A stretch of 64,000 bases of DNA. Source: Deltaproteobacteria bacterium (lineage in GTDB: Bacteria > Myxococcota_A > Polyangia > Polyangiales > Houyiibacteriaceae). The notes beneath the pieces are model-generated. The model had not been told where the DNA came from and did not search any database. It saw only the letters and a list, made by a program, of their open reading frames with translations. Location: NCBI GenBank assembly GCA_034670305.1, contig JAXMNT010000008.1, positions 96,001 to 160,000 of the forward strand. The letters run 5' to 3'. This document shows, piece by piece, positions 9,869 to 19,938 of the stretch. Every line of letters begins with the position of its first letter. Position 1 is the stretch's first letter. The position numbers and the translations under genes were made by a program.

Positions 9869-10534
9869 TCAGTCCGCGTCGTCCACCCGGGTCAGCGTGA
9901 TGTTGAAGTCGCCGGTGCCGAACTTCGCGAACAGGCGCACCCAGAGCGGCAGCCACATCTCGGTGCCGCGCGCAGTCGTCACGTCGCCGAGATCCAAGAT
10001 CTCGTGGGCGCGCCATCCGAACGTCTGCAGCAACTCGGACACTTCCGCCTTCGCGTCCGCGTCGTTGCCACTCACGAAGATCTGGTGATCGCCGCTGATC
10101 CGCCGGGGCGCGATCATCAGCGAGTTGTGGACCGTGTTCAACGTCTTGATCACGCGCGCCTCTGGCAGCGCCCGCTGGATCTGCTCGGCGAGGCTGTCCT
10201 TGTTGCAGACCGACAGCGCGGGCGGGAAGCCCTGGCTGAAATCGAGTGGGTTCGTGACGTCCACCAGGATCTTGCGCCCGACCTCTTCCACGATGCCCTT
10301 GGCCACCGTGAAGGTGTGCACCCCACTCGTGGCGAGGAACACCATCTCGCCGAAGGCGGCGGCGTCCGCGAAGGTCCCGACCGACGCGCCTTCCCCCTGA
10401 TCGGCCGCCCATCGCTCGCTCGCTTCGTTGCCATCCGTGCGTGAGCCGAGGCGAACCTCGTGCCCGAGCGACACCAACTTGGAGGCGATGGCTTTGCCCA
10501 CATCGCCCGTGCCCAACACCGCAATCTTCGTCAT
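9869..10534 (-). CDS. NADPH-dependent F420 reductase family / dinucleotide-binding oxidoreductase
   Basis: MTKIAVLGTGDVG, LGSR, LVDVTNPLDFS, SLAEQIQ, VIKTLNT, GNDADAK. Confidence 0.85.
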   Translation of the reverse strand: MTKIAVLGTGDVGKAIASKLVSLGHEVRLGSRTDGNEASERWAADQGEGASVGTFADAAAFGEMVFLATSGVHTFTVAKGIVEEVGRKILVDVTNPLDFSQGFPPALSVCNKDSLAEQIQRALPEARVIKTLNTVHNSLMIAPRRISGDHQIFVSGNDADAKAEVSELLQTFGWRAHEILDLGDVTTARGTEMWLPLWVRLFAKFGTGDFNITLTRVDDAD

Positions 10535-10755
10535 GCCCGGAGGGTCGCACGACACGCGGGCAAGACTCCATGACCGGGTCGTGGCGGCTCGGCCCTTGCC
10601 CGTGCCACTGGTTTCTGGGTCCGCAAGCAGGGCCCCACCCGAAACTCAGCCCGCGCCCCACGAAATCATGCGCCGTACTCGGCGCGTCCGCGTTCTCCCT
10701 TCGCACCCCCTCCTTTCTCGTGTCGGCTGCCCGTTGGCACAGAGGTGTGACGATC

Positions 10756-13434
10756 ATGTCCTTCCGCCACTTGCTGATGCCCCTGCTTCTCACCACGTCT
10801 CTCGCGCAGGCCCAGGGACCGGGGACCGACGGGGGTGCCGAAGCCGGAGTCGATGCCGAAGTCGATGCTGGAGCCGATGCCGATGCCGAAGCCGATGCCG
10901 ACCCCGAAGCCGATGCCGAAGCCGAAGCCGAAGCCGAAGCCGAAGCCGAAGCCGCAGCCGAAGCCGAAGCCGACCCCGAAGGCGAAGCCGACCCCGAAGC
11001 CGTGGCCGAAGCCGAAGCCGATCCCGAAGGCGACGCCGACCCCGAAGGCGACGCCGACCCCGAAGGCGACGCCGACCCCGAAGGCGACGCCGACCCCGTG
11101 CTTCGGCCACCTCTGGTCCGCGAGGGGCAGGGTGAGGCGGCGTACCCCGAGGGCGCGGAGATGGGCGGGCGGGTGTTGTTGGTGCTGGACGTGGCGGCAG
11201 ACGGCACGGTGGCGGAGGCGCGGCGGCTCGATGTCCAGGCCGAGGAGAACTCGGAAGCCCTGTTCGTCGAGCAGGCGCTCGAGTACGCGCGCCGACTTCG
11301 GTTCGAGCCGGCCACGCGCGATGGGGCGCCCGTCGCCAGCCGGATTCGGTTTGAGGTGGTGTTCCCCGCGCCCCCACCGCCGACGCCAACGCCGCCGAAC
11401 GCGCATCTCGATCCGACCGCCGGAGCCGAAGACGCCTCCGAAGACGCGGCCGATTTCGAAGCGCCGCTCCAGGCGACGTCGTCGATGAACCTCGAGGGCG
11501 AGCGGCTGCGGCTGCGGCCCTACGCCTCCACCGGCGAGCTGCTCAACGCGGGTTCGGGTTTCTACGTCGTCCAGCACGCGGGGGGCGGCAAAGCCAACCA
11601 GTACTTCTTGCGCGGGTTCGACGCCGACCATGGCTCCGACGTCGCGCTCTTCGTCGATGGCGTGCCTGCGAACTGGCCGAGCCACGGACACAGTCAGGGG
11701 TACACCGAGCTGCACTGGGTGATCCCCGAACTCATCGAACGCATGGAGGTCCGCAAGGGTCCGTACTTCGCGGAACTCGGGGACTTCGCGACCGCCGGCG
11801 CGATCAACCTGGTGCTGCGAGAGGATGTCGAGGAGAGTTCCTTCACGTTGGGCGGCGGCACGTACGGAACGTTCCGCGGCGTCGCACTCGTCGCCCCGCG
11901 CACGACTCTCGCGGTGAAACCATTGCTCGCCGCGGAGGTCTACGGGACGAATGGGCCCTTCCAGCGCAGCGAAGATCTGCGGCGGGTGAACCTCTTCGGC
12001 CGCGCCAGCGCGCGCTTCCCCGGCGGCACCACGCTGAGCCTCACCGGCACCAGCCACCTCTCCACGTGGAACGCGTCGGGGCAACTGCCGCTGCGTGCGG
12101 TGAACGCGGGCACGCTCGACCGGTTCGGTACCCTCGACCCGGACGAAGGCGGCGCGACGCAGCGGCACGGCGTGTACGGCCGGTTGACCGTGCCCACCTC
12201 GGGCGGCGACGAAGGCGAAGTAAGCGTGCTCGGGTACCTCACCCACCACCGCTTCGATCTCTACTCGAACTTCACCTACGCGACCGAGCGGCCCGACATC
12301 GGCGACATGATCCATCAGTCGGATCGGCGCACCGCGGTGGGGCTCGACGCCCGCTACCGGGTGCGGCACCGCCTGGGCCCAGCAACGCTTCGCAGCACCG
12401 TCGGCGCCCAGGGGCGGCTCGATCTGATCGACAACGCGCTGGCGGAATCACCGGACCGGATCGACGGCGCCCGCAGCATCGATGCGGACATCGGCCAAGC
12501 GAGCCTGGGGTTGTTCCTGAGCGAAGCGCTGCACTGGCGCTGGCTTCGCGTCGTCGGAGGCGCACGCATCGACTCGTTCTCGTTCGATGTGCAGGACCGG
12601 CTCGGCGGCGAAGGCACGAGCGGCCAGCGGCAAGCGCTGCTGGTCAGCCCGAAAGCCAGCGTCGTGATTCAGGCGCACGAGACGCTGCGCCTCTTCGCGA
12701 ACTTCGGCTCGGGCTTTCACAGCAACGACGCGCGGGGTGTCGTGCGCCGCGACGCGATGCGCGCGAACGCGCTCACCCGCGGGCTCGGCTACGAACTCGG
12801 CGCGCGCCTCGAACTCGCGGACCACGTCACGTTCTCCGCGGCCGGGTTCGTCCTCGACCTCGACTCCGAGACGGTCTGGGTCGGCGACGTGGGCACGACC
12901 GAAGCCCGCGGCGCCACGCGGCGGGTCGGCGTCGAAGCGGATCTCCAGGTGCAGGCGCTCCCCTGGCTTCGGTTCGGACTCGACGCGACGTGGACGAACT
13001 CCACGTTCGTCGACAACCCGGCGAACGCGAACTCGGTCGCGCTCGCGCCGACCTTCCTCCTCAACAGCGAGGTGGTCGTGCAACACCGGGAGACCGGCGT
13101 GAGCGGGCGGCTTGGGTTGCTCTTCGTGGCCGATCGACCCGCGACCGAAGACGGCTTCCTCGAGGCGCAGGGTTTCACGCGGCTCGACGCGTCGGTGCAG
13201 TGGGAACACGAGCGGGTGGGACTGAGTGTCTCCGCGCAGAACCTGCTCAACACCGAGTGGCGGCAGGCGCAGTTCGCCACCACCGCACGGCTGCCTGGAG
13301 AGACCTCGGCCGCGTCCTGTCCCGAAGGCACCCGCGCAGTGGAAGAAGGCGGCGGCTTCACAGGATGCGAAGACATTCACTTCACGCCGGGCTGGCCCAT
13401 CCACATCCTGGCCACCGCAACCGTGAAGTTCTGA
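10756..13434 (+). CDS. TonB-dependent receptor with N-terminal fused TonB C-terminal domain
   Basis: Signal peptide, acidic AEAD repeat, TonB-C domain (YPEGAE...[12 protein letters not shown]), plug with [26 protein letters not shown]-terminal F. Confidence 0.88.
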   Translation: MSFRHLLMPLLLTTSLAQAQGPGTDGGAEAGVDAEVDAGADADAEADADPEADAEAEAEAEAEAEAAAEAEADPEGEADPEAVAEAEADPEGDADPEGDADPEGDADPEGDADPVLRPPLVREGQGEAAYPEGAEMGGRVLLVLDVAADGTVAEARRLDVQAEENSEALFVEQALEYARRLRFEPATRDGAPVASRIRFEVVFPAPPPPTPTPPNAHLDPTAGAEDASEDAADFEAPLQATSSMNLEGERLRLRPYASTGELLNAGSGFYVVQHAGGGKANQYFLRGFDADHGSDVALFVDGVPANWPSHGHSQGYTELHWVIPELIERMEVRKGPYFAELGDFATAGAINLVLREDVEESSFTLGGGTYGTFRGVALVAPRTTLAVKPLLAAEVYGTNGPFQRSEDLRRVNLFGRASARFPGGTTLSLTGTSHLSTWNASGQLPLRAVNAGTLDRFGTLDPDEGGATQRHGVYGRLTVPTSGGDEGEVSVLGYLTHHRFDLYSNFTYATERPDIGDMIHQSDRRTAVGLDARYRVRHRLGPATLRSTVGAQGRLDLIDNALAESPDRIDGARSIDADIGQASLGLFLSEALHWRWLRVVGGARIDSFSFDVQDRLGGEGTSGQRQALLVSPKASVVIQAHETLRLFANFGSGFHSNDARGVVRRDAMRANALTRGLGYELGARLELADHVTFSAAGFVLDLDSETVWVGDVGTTEARGATRRVGVEADLQVQALPWLRFGLDATWTNSTFVDNPANANSVALAPTFLLNSEVVVQHRETGVSGRLGLLFVADRPATEDGFLEAQGFTRLDASVQWEHERVGLSVSAQNLLNTEWRQAQFATTARLPGETSAASCPEGTRAVEEGGGFTGCEDIHFTPGWPIHILATATVKF
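10837..11097 (-). repeat. Hexamer array (GCCGAN)n, copy 5, in frame inside the TonB-dependent receptor
   Basis: Encodes AEAD... and a higher-order 18-nt unit (ADPEGD) four times. Confidence 0.9.
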
Positions 13435-13495
13435 ACCGCCGTGGAATGAACCCCATGTTCGCGCGTGGCGCGTGCTGGGGTTGGCGGCCGAGCGC

Positions 13496-14782
13496 TCAGT
13501 CCCAGAGGGTCTTGCTGTCCTCGAACACCAACCGCCTCCGCGCAGACGGGGGCGGCAGCGTGCTTCGCCGAGGCGAGTAGAAGGTGTCTCCGCGCAAACC
13601 CATGCCGGGGTCGCCATCGTCTTCCGAATCCGTCTCGGACTCGTCGGCGCTGCCGGTCGCGCTCGGCGGAACCGACGCACGCGCGGACGCTTCGTGCCAT
13701 CCGAGCCACGCGCAGAGATCGTCGACGATGGAGGCGGCGGCATCGGGCCGGCCGCGCCGACGGGCCGCCTCCGACATCGCGCAACGCTTCGCGTCGTCCG
13801 AGAGCAGCTCGTTCAACATCGCACCGAGAGACTCGGCCTCGAGCGACGACTGGGCGACACAGCGCGCCGCGCCATCCCGCTCGAGCGCTTCGGCGTTGCG
13901 GGTCTGATGGTCGTCGGCGGCGTGTGGGTACGGCACGAGGATCGACGCGCGGCCGATCGCCTGCAGTTCGGCGAGCGTGGTGGCGCCCGCCCGTGCGACG
14001 ACCAGCGCGGCCGACGCGTACGCGCGCGCCATGTCGTCGATGAAGGACACGACCTCCGCGTCGATGCCGAGCGCGCGGTAACGGGCCTCCACGGCCTCCC
14101 GCATCGCTTCGCCGGTCTGATGCACGACCTTCAGGCCGCGAAGTTCCACGTGGGCGAACGCGGCGGGCACGGTCTCGTTCAGCGCCTGCGCGCCCTGCGA
14201 GCCGCCCATCACGAGCACCGTGCGGGCGCGCGCCTCGAAGCCTTCGGGGTCGGCGGCGGCACGTCGTGCCCACACTCGGAAGTCGCCGCGGACCGGGTTG
14301 CCGACCACCCGGGCGCCCTTGCCGAACGAAGACCGGGTCTCGTCGAAGGAGAGGTACGCGCGTCCGACCACCGACGCGAGCATGCGGTTCGTGAGCCCCA
14401 CGTGCGCGTTCTGCTCGAGCAGCGCGGTGGGCACACCGACCGCCGCCGCCGCCGCCAAGAGCGGTCCCGACGCGTAGCCGCCCACGCCGATGCAGAGCTC
14501 CGCGCGGTGACCGCGCACGATCTGCGCGGCCCGGAACGCGGAGCCCGGAAGTCGCCCGAGACTCTTGAAGAGCTGGGACGGACTGCGTCCTTTGAGCGGG
14601 GTGACATCGAGCGTCGTGAGCCGCTCGCCCCGAGCCGGGAGCAACCGCGATTCGATGCCGCGCTCGGTGCCGACGAAGAGCACGTCGACCTCCAAGCGGC
14701 GCCGCAGCTCTTCTACGACTGCGAGTCCGGGGAACAGATGTCCTCCGGTGCCGCCGCCTGCCACGATGATTCGTCTCGTCAT
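13496..14782 (-). CDS. murG: Undecaprenyl-PP-MurNAc-pentapeptide GlcNAc transferase
   Basis: AGGGTGGHLFPG, GVGGYAS, EQNA, GGSQGA, RAGATT, DDHQTRNA; position in dcw cluster. Confidence 0.96.
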   Translation of the reverse strand: MTRRIIVAGGGTGGHLFPGLAVVEELRRRLEVDVLFVGTERGIESRLLPARGERLTTLDVTPLKGRSPSQLFKSLGRLPGSAFRAAQIVRGHRAELCIGVGGYASGPLLAAAAAVGVPTALLEQNAHVGLTNRMLASVVGRAYLSFDETRSSFGKGARVVGNPVRGDFRVWARRAAADPEGFEARARTVLVMGGSQGAQALNETVPAAFAHVELRGLKVVHQTGEAMREAVEARYRALGIDAEVVSFIDDMARAYASAALVVARAGATTLAELQAIGRASILVPYPHAADDHQTRNAEALERDGAARCVAQSSLEAESLGAMLNELLSDDAKRCAMSEAARRRGRPDAAASIVDDLCAWLGWHEASARASVPPSATGSADESETDSEDDGDPGMGLRGDTFYSPRRSTLPPPSARRRLVFEDSKTLWD

Positions 14783-16059
14783 GTCGTCCCTCCAGTGCTT
14801 CGCGCCATCACGGGCGCGCCGACGGATTCGCCCTTCCGTCGGTTCCGCCGCTTGGTCTTGCGGCGGGTTTCTTTTTTGGTCCGGGGCTCGTCCGCTGGTG
14901 CGTCCGAGACCTCGTCGTGTGCGACCGCTTCGCGGGCGCGGGAGACATTCAGCAGGATGCCCACCGCCACGCAGTTCACGAGCAGCGACGAACCGCCGTA
15001 GCTCACGAACGGCAGCACGAGACCCTTGGTCGGCAACATGCCCATGGCCACCGCGAGGTTCGTGAAGGCCTGCAGGCCGACGAACATCGTGATGCCGACC
15101 GCGATGTAGGTGCCGTAGTCGTTCGGCGAACGCCACGCCGCGCGCAAACCGCGCACCACGATGAGCACGAACGTCGAGAGAAGGAAGAGGATGCCGATGA
15201 ACCCGAGCTCCTCGCCGACGATGGCCGAGATGAAGTCGGTGTGGGCTTCCGGGAGGTAGAAGAGTTTCTGTCGGCTGTCCCCGATGCCCACGCCGCTCAC
15301 CCCACCCGCGCCGAAGCTCATCAGCGACTCGGCGATTTGGTACCCGATGCCGTAGCGGTGTTCGAAGGGTTCGAGGAACGCCTCGATGCGACGCATGCGG
15401 TAGGCGGACGTGGCGATGAGCAAGTACGCCATCGGCGCGGCGAGCAAGACACCGCCGAGCAGGTAGCCGATGCGGGCGCCCGCGGTGAAGAGCAGCACGA
15501 AGGTGAGCAGGCCGATCATGACCGCGCTGCCGAAGTCCGGCTGCTCCAGACACAGGAGCATCAAGAACCCGGCGACCAGGACGTGGGGGAGAAACCCGAT
15601 CTGGAACGAACGGATGCGGTCGCGCTTCTTCGAGAGCGAAGACGCCAGGTAGAGAATCAACGCCAGCTTGGCCGCCTCGGCGGGCTGGATGTTCACGGGC
15701 CCCACGGCGATCCATCGCTGGGCGCCACCGGCTGCGTGCCCGAACCCGAGCACGACGATCATCAAGAGCAGCACCGCGACGCCGAGGGCGGGATAGGTGA
15801 AGCGCTCGTAGAGGTGGTAGTCGATGCGCGCGATGAGCAGCATCAGGCCGAGCCCCACGATCGCGAAGCTTCCCTGCCGCACCAAGAAGTGAAGCGGGTT
15901 GTCGTACCGTTCGGCCGCGAAGACCGCGCTCGCGCTGAACACCATGACCACGCCGAACGCGACGATCGCGACCACCGCGGCGGTGAGGATCGGATCGGCC
16001 GGACCGATCACCTTCGGCGCGGGGCGGGCAGAGCCTCGGATGCGATCGAGCCAGCTCAC
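14779..16059 (-). CDS. ftsW: Peptidoglycan glycosyltransferase FtsW
   Basis: MVFSAS, QPAEAAK, QPDFG, YRMRR, LPEAHTDFI, GEELG, LPFVSYGGSS; GTG start 16059. Confidence 0.95.
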   Translation of the reverse strand: MSWLDRIRGSARPAPKVIGPADPILTAAVVAIVAFGVVMVFSASAVFAAERYDNPLHFLVRQGSFAIVGLGLMLLIARIDYHLYERFTYPALGVAVLLLMIVVLGFGHAAGGAQRWIAVGPVNIQPAEAAKLALILYLASSLSKKRDRIRSFQIGFLPHVLVAGFLMLLCLEQPDFGSAVMIGLLTFVLLFTAGARIGYLLGGVLLAAPMAYLLIATSAYRMRRIEAFLEPFEHRYGIGYQIAESLMSFGAGGVSGVGIGDSRQKLFYLPEAHTDFISAIVGEELGFIGILFLLSTFVLIVVRGLRAAWRSPNDYGTYIAVGITMFVGLQAFTNLAVAMGMLPTKGLVLPFVSYGGSSLLVNCVAVGILLNVSRAREAVAHDEVSDAPADEPRTKKETRRKTKRRNRRKGESVGAPVMARSTGGTT

Positions 16060-17447
16060 GACGGCTCCTCGTTCTTCGACGCGAGTGCAGCGAATGCGTC
16101 CTGGAAGTCCCGGCCACGTTCGGCGTAGGACCCGTACATGTCGAAGCTGGAACACGCGGGCGCCAACACCACCGCGTCGCCAGCGCGCGCCAGACGCAGC
16201 GCTTGATCCACCGCGGCCGCCATGGTCGGCGCGCGTTCGATCGGGAAGCCCGGCAGGATTTCGCGAACGGCGACTTCGATGAGTGGCGCCGCTTCGCCGA
16301 CGGTCACGAGCGCACGCCCGGAGCGACCGAGTGCTTCGGCCAGGGGCGTGTAGCTTCCGCCCTTGTCCTTGCCGCCGGCGATCAACACCGCGCGGCCGTC
16401 CATGTGCAGCCCGTCGAGCGCGGCGACCGCGGCGCCGACGTTGGTCGCCTTGGAGTCGTCGAAGAACGTCACGCCGCCGATCGCGCCGACCCGCTCCATC
16501 CGGTGTGGCAGACCACGGTACGACCGAAGCACGGCCGCGATCGCGTCCACACCGATGCCGGCGAGACGCGCGGTGAGCGCCGCGGCCATCGCGTTCTTCA
16601 CGTTGTGTCCGCCTTGGATCCCGAGCTCCGCGAGCGGCACGTCGAGGCCGTTCTCCGGATCGCGCAGCGCGCCGTCTTCGGCCCGCACGTCTTTGCCGAA
16701 CCGGTGCACCTTCGCCGCGCCGACGTTCGCCAACCCGAGACAGAGTGCGTCTCCGTCCGGCACGACGGCGTGGTCCGAGCGGTGCTGCCCCGCGAAGATG
16801 CGGCCCTTCGCCGCCGCGTACGCGGCAAAGGACTCGTAGCGGTCGAGGTGGTCGTCGGTGACGTTGAGAAGGGTCGCGACGTGTGCGCGAAAGCGCGAGA
16901 CGTGCTCCAACTGAAAGCTCGAGAGTTCCACCGCGACGAGCCCTCCGGCGTCCGCGGCCGGGGTGCCGACGACCGTGGTCAGCGGCGTGCCGAGGTTGCC
17001 ACCGACGAAACACGGCCGGCCGGATGCCTGCATCATCTCGCCGAGCAGGCTCGTGACGGTGCTCTTGCCGTTGGTGCCGGTGACAGCGAGGATCGGCGCG
17101 TCGATGAACCACGAGGCGAGTTCGATCTCGCTCGCGATCGGGACGCCTCGGTCGGCCGCGCGCGCGAGCGCCGGAAGCGGCGGCACGCCAGGCGAGACGA
17201 CGACGTGGTCCGCGTCGGCGAACACCGCATCGTCGTGGTGCCCGAACGCGGTCTTCGCGCCGCGTGCGCACAACGCCTCGACGCCGCCCACCTCGGTGCG
17301 GTGGTCGTTCAACACGACGTCGGCCCCACGGGCCAAGAGCAGCTCGGCCGCTGCGATGCCGCTGGCACCGAGTCCGACGACCACGAACTTCTGACCGGCG
17401 ACCTGGGATGCGGCGCGGCGCGAGGTCTGGGTGGAGGTCATGCCCAT
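16056..17447 (-). CDS. murD: UDP-MurNAc-L-Ala:D-Glu ligase
   Basis: VVGLGASG, VSPGVP, VTGTNGKST, ELSSFQL, DHLDRY, DDSKATN, PACSSFD. Confidence 0.96.
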   Translation of the reverse strand: MGMTSTQTSRRAASQVAGQKFVVVGLGASGIAAAELLLARGADVVLNDHRTEVGGVEALCARGAKTAFGHHDDAVFADADHVVVSPGVPPLPALARAADRGVPIASEIELASWFIDAPILAVTGTNGKSTVTSLLGEMMQASGRPCFVGGNLGTPLTTVVGTPAADAGGLVAVELSSFQLEHVSRFRAHVATLLNVTDDHLDRYESFAAYAAAKGRIFAGQHRSDHAVVPDGDALCLGLANVGAAKVHRFGKDVRAEDGALRDPENGLDVPLAELGIQGGHNVKNAMAAALTARLAGIGVDAIAAVLRSYRGLPHRMERVGAIGGVTFFDDSKATNVGAAVAALDGLHMDGRAVLIAGGKDKGGSYTPLAEALGRSGRALVTVGEAAPLIEVAVREILPGFPIERAPTMAAAVDQALRLARAGDAVVLAPACSSFDMYGSYAERGRDFQDAFAALASKNEEPS

Positions 17448-18577
17448 CACCGCAACTTCAGCGTGGCGAGCGCGGCGACGGCCAACATGATGGAGACGAT
17501 CCAGAAACGAACGATGACCTTCGGCTCCGCCCACCCCTTCTTCTCGAAGTGGTGGTGGATGGGCGCCATCAGGAACACCCGCTTGCCGGTGGCTTTGAAG
17601 ACGCCGACCTGGATGATGACGCTGACCGTCTCCAGCACGAAGATGCCGCCGAGCAGAAGACTCAGCACTTCGTTCTTGGTGACCACCGCGAGTGCACCGA
17701 GGCCTCCGCCGAGCGCGAGCGACCCGACGTCGCCCATGAAGACTTGGGCCGGGTACGTGTTGAACCAGAGGAACCCGAAGCCCACCCCGATCACTGCGGC
17801 GCAGTAGATGCTGAGCTCACCGGCGCTCTCGAGATGCGGGATGAAGAAGTAGCTCGCAACGTTCTGCTCGAAGAGCACCGCGCCGCAGAGGTAGGCGAGG
17901 ATCGCGTAGGTGCCCGCGTTGATCATCACCGGGCCGATCGCGAGTCCATCGAGCCCGTCGGTGAGGTTCACGCCGTTGGCGGTGCCGACGATGACGAACG
18001 ACGCGAACGCCACGTAGAGATACGGCGGGAGGGTGATCGGGTCCGGGTCGTTGGTGACGAACTTCACGAACGGGAGCGCCAAGCGCGTGCGGACCTCGAG
18101 CCAGTCTTCGGGCAGACCACTCTGGCCGTAGAAGAGGTACGAGCAGACCGCGATGGCCACGCTGAACTCGATGAGCAGCTTCCAGCGACCGGCCAGGCCG
18201 CCGGTGTCCTTCTTCCGGACCTTGGCGCTGTCGTCGATGTAGCCGACGACGCCGAAGCAGGCCGTCATGGCGGTGACCACCCAGACCATCGCGTTGGCCG
18301 GGTCCGCCCACAGCACCGTGGAGAGCACCACGGCGAGCAACATCAGCGCGCCGCCCATGGTGGGGGTGCCGGCCTTGCTCAGATGCGACTGCGGGCCCTC
18401 GGCGCGCACCACCTGCCCGATCTGCTTCTTCTGCAGCCGGCGGATGAACCAGGGGTAGAGCCCGAAGCTCAGCAGCATCGCCGTCATCGTCGCGGCGAGC
18501 ACGCGGAACGGGACGTACCGCAGCACGTTCAGGAAACCGAACTCGTCTGAGTAGGGGTAGAGGTAGTAGTAGATCAC
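17447..18577 (-). CDS. mraY: Phospho-MurNAc-pentapeptide transferase
   Basis: KAGTPTMGG, NLTDGLDGL, FMGDVGS, MAPIHHHFE. Confidence 0.97.
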   Translation of the reverse strand: MIYYYLYPYSDEFGFLNVLRYVPFRVLAATMTAMLLSFGLYPWFIRRLQKKQIGQVVRAEGPQSHLSKAGTPTMGGALMLLAVVLSTVLWADPANAMVWVVTAMTACFGVVGYIDDSAKVRKKDTGGLAGRWKLLIEFSVAIAVCSYLFYGQSGLPEDWLEVRTRLALPFVKFVTNDPDPITLPPYLYVAFASFVIVGTANGVNLTDGLDGLAIGPVMINAGTYAILAYLCGAVLFEQNVASYFFIPHLESAGELSIYCAAVIGVGFGFLWFNTYPAQVFMGDVGSLALGGGLGALAVVTKNEVLSLLLGGIFVLETVSVIIQVGVFKATGKRVFLMAPIHHHFEKKGWAEPKVIVRFWIVSIMLAVAALATLKLR

Positions 18578-19938
18578 GCCCGGCCCCCCGACTGCAGGAG
18601 GCCATCGACGACGCGTTCGAGCCGCATCGAGCGGGAGCCTTTGACCAGGATCACATCGGAAGGCTCGAGCGGTCCGAGCGCCTTGAGGACCGCCGCGACG
18701 TCGTTCTCCACCGCGTCTCCGGTCGCGCCCATCAGAGGGCCCACGCAGACCACGTGATCGCAGAGCCGTTCCGCGCGGCTGCGCACACGCCGGTGGTGCT
18801 GTGGCGACTCGGCGCCCAACTCCAACATGTCTCCGAGCACCGCGAGCAGCCGACCTTCGCGATCGTCGGCGAGGCGGCGGGCGGTCTCGAGCGCCATCTC
18901 CACCGCGTGCGGGCTCGCGTTGTAGGTGTCGTCCAGAACGAGTGCACCAAGCGCCGTGCCCCGCGGACACATGCGGCCGGACACCGGCGAGAGTTGCGAC
19001 ATGCCCCGCGCCGCCGACTCGAGATCGAGATCGAGCGCGCGTACGATCGCGAGTGCGGCGCCGGAGTTGCGTGCGGCGGCTTCGCCGAGCAGCCGGGTGC
19101 GCACTTCGATCTCGCGGGTCTCTCCCGCGTGCCCCGCCGAGACGAGCGAGCTGACCGCGTGCCGCGCGATGGTCTGGATGCCGAGCATCGACCACCCGAG
19201 CAGGCGGACCTCGCCCGCGTCGCCGTAGCGCACGTCGCCTGCGCCCACCGACGCGTCGGCGATGCGCACGCCCGAACCCCGCACCGTGTCGAAGAGCGAG
19301 AGCTTCTCGCGCCGCACCGCGGCCAAGTTTCCGAGGCCCTCGGTGTGCGCGACGGCCACGAGCGTCACCACCGCGACGTCCGGACCGGCGATCTCACCGA
19401 GGCGCCGGATCTCGCCGGGTGCGCTGGTGCCCATCTCGACGACCGCGATCTCTTCTTCGTCGAGGGCCAGGAGCGTCATGGGTACGCCGATCTGGTTGTT
19501 CAGGTTGCCCTGGGTCGCACCCACGTCGAGACCGGCGCCGCGAATGGCGGCGGCGGTGAGTTCTTTCGTGGACGTCTTGCCCGCGCTGCCGGTGATCGCG
19601 ACCACGCGGCCGCCCCAGCGCTCGCGATGAAACGCCGCGAGGTCCCCGAGCGCGCGGGTGGTGTCGTCGACCTCGACCACCGGGAATCCGGCGGGCACCG
19701 AGGCACCACGCTCCACCAGGGCGGCACCGGCGACGTTGGCGATGTCGGGAAGGAAGCGGTGCGCGTCGAAGTGCTCGCCGCGCAGCGCGACGAAGAGCGC
19801 ATCGGTGCCCGTGATCGCGCGCGAGTCGGTGCACACGCCTTCGACTTCGCGGTTCTCGCCACGGAGCGTGCCGCCGGTGGCTTCGGCGACTTCGTGCAGC
19901 GTGAACGCGGCTTGGTTCTGCGGAATGGGCGTCGCCAT
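18574..19938 (-). CDS. murF: UDP-MurNAc-tripeptide:D-Ala-D-Ala ligase
   Basis: TDSR, ITGSAGKTSTK, NLNNQIGVP, EMG, DDTYNASP, GDMLELG, VKGSR. Confidence 0.95.
   Translation of the reverse strand: MATPIPQNQAAFTLHEVAEATGGTLRGENREVEGVCTDSRAITGTDALFVALRGEHFDAHRFLPDIANVAGAALVERGASVPAGFPVVEVDDTTRALGDLAAFHRERWGGRVVAITGSAGKTSTKELTAAAIRGAGLDVGATQGNLNNQIGVPMTLLALDEEEIAVVEMGTSAPGEIRRLGEIAGPDVAVVTLVAVAHTEGLGNLAAVRREKLSLFDTVRGSGVRIADASVGAGDVRYGDAGEVRLLGWSMLGIQTIARHAVSSLVSAGHAGETREIEVRTRLLGEAAARNSGAALAIVRALDLDLESAARGMSQLSPVSGRMCPRGTALGALVLDDTYNASPHAVEMALETARRLADDREGRLLAVLGDMLELGAESPQHHRRVRSRAERLCDHVVCVGPLMGATGDAVENDVAAVLKALGPLEPSDVILVKGSRSMRLERVVDGLLQSGGRA

Noticed and set aside
10560-10750. Possible cobalamin riboswitch upstream of the TonB-dependent receptor (GCCACTG present)
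   Set aside because: Other core elements (GGGAA, CCCGC-ACTGT, B12 box) are not evident, and the GCCACTG overlaps a repeat-tail remnant. An Infernal scan would settle it.
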